Shown: piece after piece, positions 30,601 through 40,815 of the stretch | Position numbering within the stretch: the first letter of the stretch is position 1 | Layout of the letters: each line of letters opens with the position of its first letter | Virus record (IMG/VR): IMGVR_UViG_2541047086_000003 | Span: 1 to 64,000 of that record | Reading direction: 5' to 3' (one strand) | DNA from: an uncultured virus (IMG/VR IMGVR_UViG_2541047086_000003) | Lineage: Duplodnaviria > Heunggongvirae > Uroviricota > Caudoviricetes | DNA length: 64,000 nucleotides | Notes under the pieces: model-generated | What the model was told of the DNA's origin: nothing | Seen by the model: the letters and a program-made list of their open reading frames with translations, nothing else | Database searches by the model: none | Translations under genes and position numbers: made by a program

Positions 30601-32584
30601 TGTATGTTTCCTTTAAGTTTCCTTGCCATTCAATTTCTTTGTTTTCGATTAATTGATCTAAGGTTACTCGAATCTTATCTAAAGCCTCAATCGTAAGAAG
30701 ATCAAACTTTACCGATCCCATGGCTTCACTATCACCCATATTAAATTGTGTAATATAAGCCCCTTTAGGAGTCTTCATCATTGCATTGGATTTTGTATAC
30801 TCATCATTAAATATGATTACTCCAGCTGCATGAGAAGAGCGCTTATTAGTCAAACCCTCAATTTTTAAAGCTGTTTCTTTAAGGTTTGGATATTGCTCAA
30901 TTTCCCTAATAAACTCTTTGATTGGTTTCCTGCCAGTCTCTTTGTCACCAAAAAAGCAATGCGATAAAGGCCAGTTTGATCCTCTTTCAAAAGGAATCAT
31001 TCCGCTTAAGTATTGAGATATGTCATTATCGATTCCTATACCTCTACACGCTGTTTGAAGTGCCGACTTGGAACCCTCAGTCCCAAAGGTAGCTATCTGA
31101 AGCACCCGCTTGTCCCCAAACCTTTCTCTAAGAGCCTTAAGAATTTTTTGTCTTTTAGAGCCCTCCGTATCAATATCTATATCGGGAAGATCAGGTCTTG
31201 ATTTATGTATGTGTCTCCAATGCGGCAGATCATACTGCATTGGATTGATTTGAGTGTTATCGAGTAGATAGTTAACTAAGTACCCTGCTGCACTTCCCCT
31301 GGCTGCCCCAACTAAACTATCTCCACCACACTCATCATCCCAAATAATATTAATTATTTCTCTGACTGTTATGTAATAAGAAGACATGGACTGGTTTAGC
31401 TTTTGGCTGATTTCCCAAAGCTCTCCTAGCTCAACATTAATCCTATTTAATATTTTGTGAAATGCTTCCTTTGTTAGTTCATTTGTTTTCAGCTTATCAT
31501 CAAAGCCATCTTCAATTAATTTCAAGAGATATCTGTCCTGCTCATCTTTTGATTCAGACATCTTCTTTATGTACTCATACTCATTATATGCTGGTTTAAA
31601 TAAATGTCTTAATTTAAACTGGGGTAGCTCCATTTTTGGAATAATTGGTTCGTGCTCAATAGTATAGTCTTCAATCATCTCTCCAATTAGCAATGTGTTT
31701 TCAATGGCCTCATTGATGATCTCTTCGTCCATGTAGTCCATTCTCTCATGAATTTCATCAACATTCTGAACAAAACATGCTTCATAAAAAGAGTCGACTT
31801 CTCTCTCTCCATCCTTGGCGTTTAAAAAGGCTTGATGAATTGCCCTATCTTCCGGTCTAAGAAAGTGTGCATCGGTTGTGACAATCATTTTCAATCCATA
31901 ACCGTTAGCTATATTAACAAGTTTCTTATTACAATAAATTTGCTCTTCACTTAAAGCTGGTTGAAGCTCAATAAAGAACTTATCTTTCCCAAAGACTTTA
32001 ATACACCATGTTATAAACTCATGAATTTTTAATTTGTGCTGCTTGATTGACTGAATGTCTCCGCTTTCTTCGCATTCTTTGATTCTGAGTAAATTGATAT
32101 TCACCTCAGAGCCAAGACAAGCTGTTGTAGCGATAATATGACCTGGATCTTTGCTAAGCAGTTCTTCTACATCCTTTTTAACTGTTGGCACTCTTTCCAT
32201 TGTTCCTGTGTAAAATGAATTTTCCCAGGCTTGTGAAGACAGTATTCTTAGCTGCTCATGTCCTATAGGGTCAATTGCCAACATTAAAAAGTGCGGAAAC
32301 TTTGTGTGTCCTGACTTATAGTTATCACGAACTTCTTCAAGTGAATCGACTAAATACGCTTCATTCCCAAGTATGAGTTTAAAATCTGCAGGCATATCCC
32401 CTTCTTTCTTCATTTCTCTGACAGTCTTAATTGCTTCCAAATGCGCTGAAAGAACCTCATGGTCAGTTATGGCCAATCCTTTATAATTCATCTGAACCGC
32501 TGTTTTAAGCAATTCTCCTACTGAATTTGTTGAATCGAGAAGCCTTATGTTACTTTTATCAGTGTGACAGTGACATCCAATCAA
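27657..32584 (-). CDS. yorL: DNA polymerase III alpha, spliced (exons 32584-30055 and 29044-27657; 1305 aa)
   Basis: PHP HCHT motif, RGSAAG, PDIDID; splicing restores KRQFG-Y-SFSLLHTLAY. Confidence 0.95.
29045..30054 (-). mobile_element. Group I intron in phage dnaE (1010 nt) with homing endonuclease gene
   Basis: Exon ends U, intron ends G; R (~29922) and S (AAGAUAUAGUC, ~29087) elements; removal restores frame. Confidence 0.92.
29072..29842 (-). CDS. Intron-encoded NUMOD4-HNH-NUMOD1-type homing endonuclease
   Basis: WK...YEISNTGR; HRLVA...VNHKDGDKQNNHISNLEW; two C-terminal IVQ..L.G repeats. Confidence 0.88.
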   Translation of the reverse strand: MELWKRIYIDNCETNYEISNTGRCRNIKKSSWKTKGILKPKINSKSGYVQYCIVHQRKNYYMYAHRLVAKYFIGENNSLQVNHKDGDKQNNHISNLEWVTRKENMRHCFDIGLSKLPKAIVQYTLTGQKIAEYKSESDAARLLNIDVRTISNGLTKKEGSQASGYQWRFVNDKRKVTDISGNVKHYTRGIVQLTLDGKFISYFDSITEAYISLGKINNGAISQVCKGKRNSFAGYKWAYENDYKKSVDEDIVYSLN

Positions 32585-32596
32585 TTTTCATCCCCC

Positions 32597-34324
32597 TTAA
32601 AACACAAGTTCTTTTTTCTTTGTACGAACCACCTCCAAGTCATAAATTTCAATTTGAGGTGTTTGTCTGCCCTTATATTCATTTACCTTTGCCTTACCAA
32701 CAACATTAAGTATTAAAGTTCCATTTGATTGAGTAAGTTTCTCAAAGTATTCTGTATCGCTTTTAAAGCGTATGTATTCAATATCTCCATGTTTAAACTT
32801 GATTGTTGTCTTGTTCTTTTTCCCTATGTGTTCAATTTGATCAGTATCAACTTCTAGTTCTGTTATTGCTACTAATGGTTCTTCGACCTTATAGCCCCAA
32901 TAATCTTTATAGCTATACAGCTTAATTAAAAATTCCTTTCTAAGTTGATTAGCCGGTATCTCAAAGTCAACATTTTGAACTTCTTCACCTGTCTCTACAT
33001 CTTTAAATTTTTCATTTAGAACTTCATTAACCAAAATCAAGTTTTCACGCTTGATTGCAAATCCGGCTGCATTTGGATGGCCTTCAACAAATTCAAACAG
33101 CCCAGTATCTGTTAGCTCTTTTTTAAAATCTTTGATGTAGCCAGTCTCATACCCTCGAATAGACCCGCTCAACATCCCTTCTTCTTCATCGCTTTTTCTA
33201 GCCAGCAAAACTGGCTTTTTATATTCACCTGCAAGTACATTTGCTACTAGCCCAGTCAAGCTTTTATCCAAAATTCCCTCAGTGTAGACTATAAGCACTT
33301 TATTAGCTACCAAATTCTTTCCTTCAATTCTGTTTTTAATTTCCACTGTAGCTGCATCAACAATGCGTTTCTGTTTAGCTTTAAGGTTCCCCAAAATCCT
33401 GACTGTGTCATCGTGAATTGACACGAGATTGATTTCATCTTGTCCACGTTTCTTATATGGAACTTTTTCTTTAGACAACAGAAACGATCTCAACAATTGA
33501 TCTTTTTCTTCACTGCTACCGACCCTTATAGCTGCGTTAATTAATGGATTAATAAAGAACTGTGTGTTCTGTATGTTTGTGCAACCCTTGGTTGAAAACT
33601 CTTGTTTTTTAAAGAGCTTTTTGATTAATGGATGCTTAATGTTCCTTAAGCCTTCATTCATAAAGTACCTGGTCTCTAGATTTCTTGAATCAGCTGAATC
33701 GGCTATATTACCAATAGAAACAAGATCTAAAAATTGTTCTGCTTTGGTTTTGCCTAGCTTATAATCAATGGCCTGGCAAAGCTTATATGCCATTCCAGCA
33801 CCCGTTAATGTTTTGTTTGAATACTCAGTCGAGAGCTGATTGTTGACGACTATAGCGTGTTTAGATTCTCTTTCACATTCATGATGGTCAATAACAATTA
33901 CATCTACGCCATTCTTTTTTAGCTCCTCATGTTCATCAAATTGACCTGATCCAGCATCCGGAATTAAAACTAAGTCGACATCATCAGGAATTGTATCAAT
34001 GAAAATGCCGTGCTCTTTATCCTCATGAATCCGGTATCGTATGTCAGCTTTCGGATAAATTGCTTTTATGTAATTGATAATGATTGAACTGGATGTGTAC
34101 CCATCTACATCGCTATCCACTTGAACAAATATTTTATTTTCATTCTCTAAATGCTTTATTAAACAATCAGATGCTTTATCAATGTTATCGAGTTTTGAAA
34201 AATGAATGACTGAGCTCTGGTTCACATCAACAAAGCTCTTCGGATTTTCAATCCCTCTGTTTTTAAAAATTGTCGATAATGGATTGAAATTATAATCATT
34301 GTTGCCAATGAGCTTATAAGCCAC
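32597..34324 (-). CDS. yorK: RecJ-like ssDNA exonuclease (DHH family)
   Basis: DSDVDG, IDHH, GHPNAAG motifs. Confidence 0.92.
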   Translation of the reverse strand: MAYKLIGNNDYNFNPLSTIFKNRGIENPKSFVDVNQSSVIHFSKLDNIDKASDCLIKHLENENKIFVQVDSDVDGYTSSSIIINYIKAIYPKADIRYRIHEDKEHGIFIDTIPDDVDLVLIPDAGSGQFDEHEELKKNGVDVIVIDHHECERESKHAIVVNNQLSTEYSNKTLTGAGMAYKLCQAIDYKLGKTKAEQFLDLVSIGNIADSADSRNLETRYFMNEGLRNIKHPLIKKLFKKQEFSTKGCTNIQNTQFFINPLINAAIRVGSSEEKDQLLRSFLLSKEKVPYKKRGQDEINLVSIHDDTVRILGNLKAKQKRIVDAATVEIKNRIEGKNLVANKVLIVYTEGILDKSLTGLVANVLAGEYKKPVLLARKSDEEEGMLSGSIRGYETGYIKDFKKELTDTGLFEFVEGHPNAAGFAIKRENLILVNEVLNEKFKDVETGEEVQNVDFEIPANQLRKEFLIKLYSYKDYWGYKVEEPLVAITELEVDTDQIEHIGKKNKTTIKFKHGDIEYIRFKSDTEYFEKLTQSNGTLILNVVGKAKVNEYKGRQTPQIEIYDLEVVRTKKKELVF

Positions 34325-35460
34325 TAAATCCCTCCTTCATTCGTATTGATTTCTATTTTTCTTCTCATCAACTCCTCTAAAACGTCTTTTCCCTTATCAG
34401 CTGGACTGTCTTTATAATCCAGCATGTTTTCAAAATCCCATAAAACATACACACGAACATACGGAGTAAATTTTGCTGCAAGCTTCAAGATTTTTTTCTG
34501 ATACTCTAGCAGTTTACGTTGATACTTCTCCTCTGTCTCATGCTCTTTCGGTGGTCTATATTTATCTAAAGCAATAAACACTTCTTCCACTCCAAGAGAA
34601 AGTAAGATATCACGGTGAAAATTTGAAATGTTGTTTGAACAGACTGCACATGTGAAATTTGCTTCACCATAAAAGTCCTGGCATTTTAAAACAGACTTTT
34701 CTGATTCAAAAATTAAGGCTTTTTTAAACCTTTCAATTGAATCTTTTGTTTTATGTAATCCATATAAATTCATCATGGTCTGATGATTATACAGGGTGTT
34801 CCCAACTTTTAAAGGCATATATTTATAGCCGGCATCAACTTCCTCTTTAATAAGAGATCGTCTACGTATGCCAATCAATCTATTATTTAAATCTCGATGT
34901 GGAATAGTTATCCCTTCTGTGTGAGTTCTAAAATAGTAACCAATTTCAAAATTATTTAATGTTTGCATGCTTATCCCCTCGTCCAACCACATTTGATGAG
35001 GATAAGGCATAAACACATCTAAAACAGTTTCATTGAAGCTGGGAAGTTCAATGGCTATCTTTTTCTTCTTATTGAACTTCCCCATCCATTCCCAGTCATC
35101 AATTAAATCATTGTTCGTAAATGTCTCTCTATTACCGAAACCAAATGTTCTCCCCGCCAGCCTTGCAACATACTCAATGGCTTGATTGAAAGGTATATTG
35201 ATCCCTTTTTGACTTTTTGCTCGTATAACAAGCTCAAAGACATCGAATGTATCTCCACATTCTGTATAGCAATGAAATTGCTTTGCTTCGTGATAATAAT
35301 ACAGCTTGTAGCTTCCCCCAGAAGCGTTATGGCAAACGGTTCTGTATATTGGGTTTCCTTGTTGATCCCATTGATTATTTTCGCTACCCAATTCTTTTAA
35401 TATTTTATGTATATCCTCAAGCGTAAGACTTTCTTTTATTCTGTCCTTATCATATTTCAA
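34324..35460 (-). CDS. yorJ: DNA primase-like protein
   Basis: Zn-binding CH...CYTEC; TOPRIM-like FESEKS and ALD. Confidence 0.85.
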   Translation of the reverse strand: MKYDKDRIKESLTLEDIHKILKELGSENNQWDQQGNPIYRTVCHNASGGSYKLYYYHEAKQFHCYTECGDTFDVFELVIRAKSQKGINIPFNQAIEYVARLAGRTFGFGNRETFTNNDLIDDWEWMGKFNKKKKIAIELPSFNETVLDVFMPYPHQMWLDEGISMQTLNNFEIGYYFRTHTEGITIPHRDLNNRLIGIRRRSLIKEEVDAGYKYMPLKVGNTLYNHQTMMNLYGLHKTKDSIERFKKALIFESEKSVLKCQDFYGEANFTCAVCSNNISNFHRDILLSLGVEEVFIALDKYRPPKEHETEEKYQRKLLEYQKKILKLAAKFTPYVRVYVLWDFENMLDYKDSPADKGKDVLEELMRRKIEINTNEGGI

Positions 35461-35475
35461 AGGGTGCTACACCCC

Positions 35476-36990
35476 TTATCCTGCTTTAACATTCAATTTT
35501 TCAACTGTAATTAATTCGTTATCGAGATTTGTTGTGAAACAATCCTTGATGCGCATATTCCCCATATTTATAAAGGAGAAGACTTTTACTTTGTCGTACT
35601 CATTCCCCCTGTTTTTAAACACATGTGTAACAAAATTTGGCTCTGAATAAAAACCTGCTTTTAAAATCGGATCAATAGCATCCTTCTCTTTTTTGCTTAA
35701 AGGGAGAATAATCATTGCAGCATCAGTCTTATCTGCAATAGCTTTACTTCCTCTAAGGTAAGATGCATCTATAACTTGTCCTTTTTGCCATGCCTCTTTC
35801 CATTCACCATTTAACTGAGTAGCACTCATCATATAGACATCGTATTTATTGCATAAGCCCTTTAACTTATCAGACATAAGCAAAAGGATTTGATCCTCTC
35901 TTAGGTTGATTCCGCTTTTTTTACTCATCTCCGAAAAAATTGTCACCGATGAGTGAATATAATCAAAGTAAATGTACTCAACATTATTTTTAATTACATT
36001 CTTTTCAATCGTTCTCTCGATCTCCTGGATATTGAAATCTGGAAGATGCTCAAACCAAATATTGGACTCTTGAAGAACTTTAGCAGCTTTGCGTACAAGC
36101 TGTTTTTCTTGCTCATTAATAGTATTTCTGAGTATTTTTTTCTCTTCTACACCACTGATATAGGCAAGTGCCAAGCTTTGCAATTCCTCTCCCATCATTT
36201 CCGTTGAGATGACCGCGGAACTTTCATCCCAAGGATTTTTCACCCACTCCTTCTTTTTAAGGTCGTACAACTCAGTTGCACTTAATCGACAAGCATCAGC
36301 AACCATATTTCTTGTTTTACCACCACCGGTAATACTTGAGCGAATGTAAAACTTTTTCTTGCGAGACCCGCGGAAAATTGACGTAAGCATTTCGCTATTT
36401 AGTGGCACCCCAATATCCGGCGACTCCTCAAAAGAATCTAATAACTCATCAATGCCTTCTCCACCTTGAATTCCCACGCTTTCGGATGAGGTTCGAAACT
36501 TCTCTTTTACTTCTACAATCTTCATTTCATAAGCTGCTAGAATTTCGTCAATCGATTTCTTATCAAACTGTTCCTGCATTTTTTCTTGTTCTTTTGGATC
36601 AATTATAGTTTCATCATAAATTTCCTTGATATCGAAACCTAAGCCGCTCATTTCTCTGAGCAAACTAAACTTTTTTAGTCTTTTGTAGTGGTAATCAAAG
36701 TTTTCGACTACAGCCAGCTCTTGAATTCTTTCGATGTATTCAAGGCCATTGTTATCATGAAAAATCTTATATTGAATGTCGTAATCTTTTAGATATCCAT
36801 CTATCTCAACCTCATTCAATACTTCCGTCCCTTGCTGGAATAAGTTACTCATAGCAAAAAACAGTATTGAGTGAAATCTTGAAGGGAAATCATCCGAAGT
36901 AATCCTATACTTGTTGCTTTCAGACAAGATTGTGGGATCCTTGAGTATGCTTCCTAAAACCTGAATAATTGCCTGTTTATCTTGTAGCAA
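35476..36990 (-). CDS. yorI: DnaB-like replicative helicase
   Basis: GGGKTR, STEM, FDYI, TQLN motifs. Confidence 0.9.
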   Translation of the reverse strand: MLQDKQAIIQVLGSILKDPTILSESNKYRITSDDFPSRFHSILFFAMSNLFQQGTEVLNEVEIDGYLKDYDIQYKIFHDNNGLEYIERIQELAVVENFDYHYKRLKKFSLLREMSGLGFDIKEIYDETIIDPKEQEKMQEQFDKKSIDEILAAYEMKIVEVKEKFRTSSESVGIQGGEGIDELLDSFEESPDIGVPLNSEMLTSIFRGSRKKKFYIRSSITGGGKTRNMVADACRLSATELYDLKKKEWVKNPWDESSAVISTEMMGEELQSLALAYISGVEEKKILRNTINEQEKQLVRKAAKVLQESNIWFEHLPDFNIQEIERTIEKNVIKNNVEYIYFDYIHSSVTIFSEMSKKSGINLREDQILLLMSDKLKGLCNKYDVYMMSATQLNGEWKEAWQKGQVIDASYLRGSKAIADKTDAAMIILPLSKKEKDAIDPILKAGFYSEPNFVTHVFKNRGNEYDKVKVFSFINMGNMRIKDCFTTNLDNELITVEKLNVKAG

Positions 36991-37004
36991 ATGGACTCTC
37001 CTTC

Positions 37005-37475
37005 CTATAATGTTGAGATGTCAACAAGTCCCCTTTTCTTTCTCAATCCCTTTTTTATAATTAACGTGATTTCTTCTCTTTTGTGATTCTTAGGGTCTTC
37101 AGCTGATTTTTGGATTGCCTTTTGTTTTATGTAATGTCGCTTAGCTTCGTCATATACAAAAGGGACGATTCCAATACCGTCACCTTCTCTTGGGTGATTC
37201 TCCAGTGTTTCATAAAAGTATTTAAGCGCAAGCTCAATTCCTTTTAGCTTATAACCATAATCCTCTTGAAACTCTTTGATTTGTTTTAACATCATACCGG
37301 TCGGAGATGAAAGACCATATAAATTGCATATGTATTGAAGTAACTCTTTTCGATGGTCTGCCTCTTGTCTCCACGTGTTGAAGCACTGTTCATGGTAGTA
37401 TCTTTTTTTATAAGAAATCGCTAAATCTTTATCTAATTTAGTCTCACAATATGGACATTTGACTTGTCTCCCCAA
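37005..37475 (-). CDS. yorH: Zn-finger replication-region protein
   Basis: CPYC...HEQC; synteny. Confidence 0.8.
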   Translation of the reverse strand: MGRQVKCPYCETKLDKDLAISYKKRYYHEQCFNTWRQEADHRKELLQYICNLYGLSSPTGMMLKQIKEFQEDYGYKLKGIELALKYFYETLENHPREGDGIGIVPFVYDEAKRHYIKQKAIQKSAEDPKNHKREEITLIIKKGLRKKRGLVDISTL

Positions 37476-37516
37476 TTAATCACCCCTAATAAGGAGGAGG
37501 GAATAATCCCTCCTGT

Positions 37517-38488
37517 TTATTTAGTTAGAAGATCCTTTAGGTCATCCAAGATTACAGACATAACGTTTACTTGTTTGCGGCTGCATTCAGTCACTTTAAC
37601 TCCCTTGCCTAAATGTTTCTCTGTAATCTGATTAACCTCTTCCAGTCGTCCTTCTTCATTGAGCTTAATTCCAACTTCTTTGATTTGCTCCATCAAAGAG
37701 TCATAATCAAGCTCCTCTGAAGCATTGTTTTGTTTTTGCTCTTCATATGTAACAGCAACAATGCCTTCTGCTTCTTCCTGTCTTTCAACTGCCTCGATAA
37801 TGGCCTTCTCCAGGTTCTCTGCAGTGAATTCAGGAAGGTATGTGTCAATGTAATCGAATCGGCTACGTGCAAAATGCTCATCTGTTTCAGCCAACCAGGC
37901 GCTTGATTTGATAACCTTTCTATCTTCATCAACACCATTAGAACTTAGATAAAGTACAATATCACTGTTATCAATAACTGGGGCCAATACACGTTTATCA
38001 CCTTTAGGATAAACTTTTCCTTTTTTGTCCTCTGCAGCATGAGCAATAAAGATAACAGTAAATCCTACACCAATGAGTTTATTAATCTCTTCCCATACTT
38101 CTGTTTCATACTCTTTCCAAAGACCAAACCCATCATTTCCATCTTTGATCCGTTCTACATCATATTGCTCACAAACATATCTGGTTGCATATTTAGCAAA
38201 TGCATCTACTTCATCAACAATAATTGTCTGATACATTTCTTTTGCCTTTTCTGCATTTTTGGTTAACTGTTTATTAACCTTCTTAAAATCCGCCCAGCTA
38301 TTAATAGCCATAAATTGAACACCTGCGATGGCATTCAAACCTTTTTCAAATGGCAAGTATAAAGGTTTCTTCATTCGTGTGCTTTGTTTTGTCTTACCCA
38401 AGTTGTTAGAACCATAGATAGTAATAACTTTTCCCTCTAAACCTTTTGCGACTACTGAAACTTGAGGATTGAAAATATCAATTGCCAT
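37517..38488 (-). CDS. yorG: AAA ATPase (Sak4-like)
   Basis: GSNNLGKT Walker A; IIVDE Walker B. Confidence 0.85.
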   Translation of the reverse strand: MAIDIFNPQVSVVAKGLEGKVITIYGSNNLGKTKQSTRMKKPLYLPFEKGLNAIAGVQFMAINSWADFKKVNKQLTKNAEKAKEMYQTIIVDEVDAFAKYATRYVCEQYDVERIKDGNDGFGLWKEYETEVWEEINKLIGVGFTVIFIAHAAEDKKGKVYPKGDKRVLAPVIDNSDIVLYLSSNGVDEDRKVIKSSAWLAETDEHFARSRFDYIDTYLPEFTAENLEKAIIEAVERQEEAEGIVAVTYEEQKQNNASEELDYDSLMEQIKEVGIKLNEEGRLEEVNQITEKHLGKGVKVTECSRKQVNVMSVILDDLKDLLTK

Positions 38489-38576
38489 TTAAACTCTCCT
38501 TTAATTTTGATTTGATGGGTGAGTCAAAGCCCACCCCAGTTATGTATTTTCTGTTACGATATTTTATTTTTATCCT

Positions 38577-39491
38577 TTAAAAAGGTAGGTCATCATCTGA
38601 AATTTCAACCGGCTTTGAAGGCTTGTTATTAGGAGCGCTTCCGCCAAACCCAGACTTTTTATTGTTCTCATTGCCACTTTCATTCTTAAGCTCATCTAGG
38701 TAAATCTCTCTTTCAGTCAATGCTTTTTTAATTGCATCTGCATTAAAAGCATTTTTGCTATCCTCGTCATATGGATCATTTCCACCTGTAATTAGGTACT
38801 CTCTTTTCGAATTAATAGTGATTTCTTTCTTGTCTTCGCCAAATGCTGCTGTTTTGGTCGTTACTTTTTGCTCTTTAAAGTTAATAATCTTTCCAAAAAC
38901 GTTAACAGTAGACCCTTTTTCATAATTATTTTCAACGTATTGAGATCCTTCTTTTGTAACTACAAATTCAAACGGAATTACTTTCCCACCATATAAAGGA
39001 ATATAACCATTTAAATTAACTCTGCCCGTTTCTTCACCTTTTACTTTTTCTTCGGTTACATTCTTTACAAACAGCTCAACATCAAATTCTGCTCTTGGAT
39101 TGAATTCTTCATTGGCGTCCAGTCTATTTACAAAGTTAGTCGTTAACTGTGGATACGCCTTTAAAATCCCTTGAGAGTAATATTCATTCAATCCAATCTT
39201 TCCTTGGGTAATTCTCACTTTATCAGCTTGATCTCTCCCGTGTTCTGCAATGGACTTATAATCACTGATAATAGTTTGATACCCTTTGGCAATAGCATTA
39301 TCTGTGCCATCAGCTTTCTTATATTTTGAAAAGCCCTTCACTGTATGTACTTCATTTGGCGCAACCTCAATGTCTAATTCAATATTTAACCCCTTGCCGC
39401 TTTTCCACTCAGTGTGTCTTACCTCAGCAAGTGTCCCCTCAATAGTTACAACATTTGATGCTTCACGTAATACTGTTTTATTTTCTGCCAT
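38577..39491 (-). CDS. yorF: Single-stranded DNA-binding protein
   Basis: Acidic DDDLPF C-terminus; synteny. Confidence 0.85.
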   Translation of the reverse strand: MAENKTVLREASNVVTIEGTLAEVRHTEWKSGKGLNIELDIEVAPNEVHTVKGFSKYKKADGTDNAIAKGYQTIISDYKSIAEHGRDQADKVRITQGKIGLNEYYSQGILKAYPQLTTNFVNRLDANEEFNPRAEFDVELFVKNVTEEKVKGEETGRVNLNGYIPLYGGKVIPFEFVVTKEGSQYVENNYEKGSTVNVFGKIINFKEQKVTTKTAAFGEDKKEITINSKREYLITGGNDPYDEDSKNAFNADAIKKALTEREIYLDELKNESGNENNKKSGFGGSAPNNKPSKPVEISDDDLPF

Positions 39492-39519
39492 TTAAATAAT
39501 CAACCTCTTTCTTTTTCGT

Positions 39520-39894
39520 TTATATTTTATTTTTACTCTTAAAATGCCTATAATGAGACTTACTACTAAACTTACAATCCTTGATACCCAGTAGCTTGTT
39601 TAATTCTATGTATCTCTTTTTTGGAAAGTCCCAAGGTTCAGGATCACCTTTTACATTTTCTATCCTTATTACTGTTCCATGCCGAATTGTGATCTTTAAG
39701 TTTCCATATGAGTATGTTTTAGAAAAAAGACCTCTTTTAATTCCCTGTGGTTTAAATTCCTTTACCAACATCACATTCCTGGTTAATTTTCTCCTTGCTT
39801 GGTCTTCATCAATGTCGTAATTCCTTTTGACATCGTTTTTGTAGGTATGTAAAGCTTCAGCTGATACTTTCAGTATCTTTAATTCCTTTTTCAT
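39520..39894 (-). CDS. yorE: Phage protein, first gene of replication operon
   Basis: Synteny; AGGAGG RBS. Confidence 0.75.
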   Translation of the reverse strand: MKKELKILKVSAEALHTYKNDVKRNYDIDEDQARRKLTRNVMLVKEFKPQGIKRGLFSKTYSYGNLKITIRHGTVIRIENVKGDPEPWDFPKKRYIELNKLLGIKDCKFSSKSHYRHFKSKNKI

Positions 39895-39928
39895 CTCTTT
39901 CCTCCTTTCTCTCTTTGGGATAACTTAA

Positions 39929-39977
39929 TCTTACATCACCAAAACGAAACGGTCAATAACTATTTTATTTTTATTCT
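39929..39977 (-). promoter_or_regulatory. SigmaA-type promoter of the replication operon with SPBRE-like repeat just upstream of -35
   Basis: Minus strand: repeat, TTGACC, 17 nt, TAAGAT. Confidence 0.75.
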
Positions 39978-40129
39978 AAAAAGTTTTAATGAGTATCTTT
40001 ATCAATTGCGGTACAGACTGCATCTGAAGAATGATTTTCTTGTTTCCACTCCCAACAGCGTAATTTTATAAAGTCATATCGAGAGTTAAGAAGCACCTTT
40101 GCTTAGGCGCTTCTGTATAACAAACTATC

Positions 40130-40297
40130 CTATACCCGAAATTCAGCTACGTATCTCTTATCTGATCCTTCATTACCGTAATCAGAAACTTTTGCAAAGT
40201 CCGTTGTGAAAGTTTCATCTGGGTACTCACGGATCATTTTTCTACATAGGTTAGACAGAGCTTCTTGCTTCGTTCTGCCATATTCATATACCAACAC
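40130..40297 (-). CDS. 55-aa protein with sigmaG-like promoter
   Basis: MLVYEYGRTKQEALSNLCRKM...; upstream GGATG-18 nt-CATAATA. Confidence 0.55.
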   Translation of the reverse strand: MLVYEYGRTKQEALSNLCRKMIREYPDETFTTDFAKVSDYGNEGSDKRYVAEFRV

Positions 40298-40399
40298 ATT
40301 AAACACCCCTTAACATTATTATGAGAGAGCCTTTTCCTTCTCATCCTTAATGTACCCACTTAACGATATGACAAATCAAAACGAGTGAAAATTCTAAAA

Positions 40400-40777
40400 T
40401 TAAACAACTTCACTCCATGACCACATGTTCATTGTTTGCAGCGTAAAACCGTCAGGAAGCTTTTTCATTTTTACATTTACATTATATCTTTTCCCAGTGG
40501 TCTTATGAATTACAGCAAGTTCTTCACCATCATAGAACCGCACAATTGCTTCATTAAATTCAATTGGCTGATCAACCACGTAACCTTCTTTGAGCGCTTT
40601 GATATACAGATAAGGATCTGTTTTATAAAGCTCATATAGTCTATTGCCAAAGTCTTCGTGTTTATCTCTAAGCAGATTAAAATTAATTAGGGATATGTAC
40701 AGTTTTTCCGATATGTTTAGCTTGTTCTTGAAATACCGGATTGCTTCATCTTGTTCTTTACTTAAAATATTGGCCAT
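40400..40777 (-). CDS. yorC: YorC-like protein
   Basis: MANILSKEQDEAIRYFKNK; synteny. Confidence 0.7.
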   Translation of the reverse strand: MANILSKEQDEAIRYFKNKLNISEKLYISLINFNLLRDKHEDFGNRLYELYKTDPYLYIKALKEGYVVDQPIEFNEAIVRFYDGEELAVIHKTTGKRYNVNVKMKKLPDGFTLQTMNMWSWSEVV

Positions 40778-40815
40778 ATATCCATCTCCCAATCTTGTTA
40801 AAACTACAATTTTAT

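Noticed and set aside
27657..32584. Split dnaE (trans-splicing intein) or disrupted polymerase
   Set aside because: No intein termini are visible, and cis-splicing of a group I intron restores the frame.
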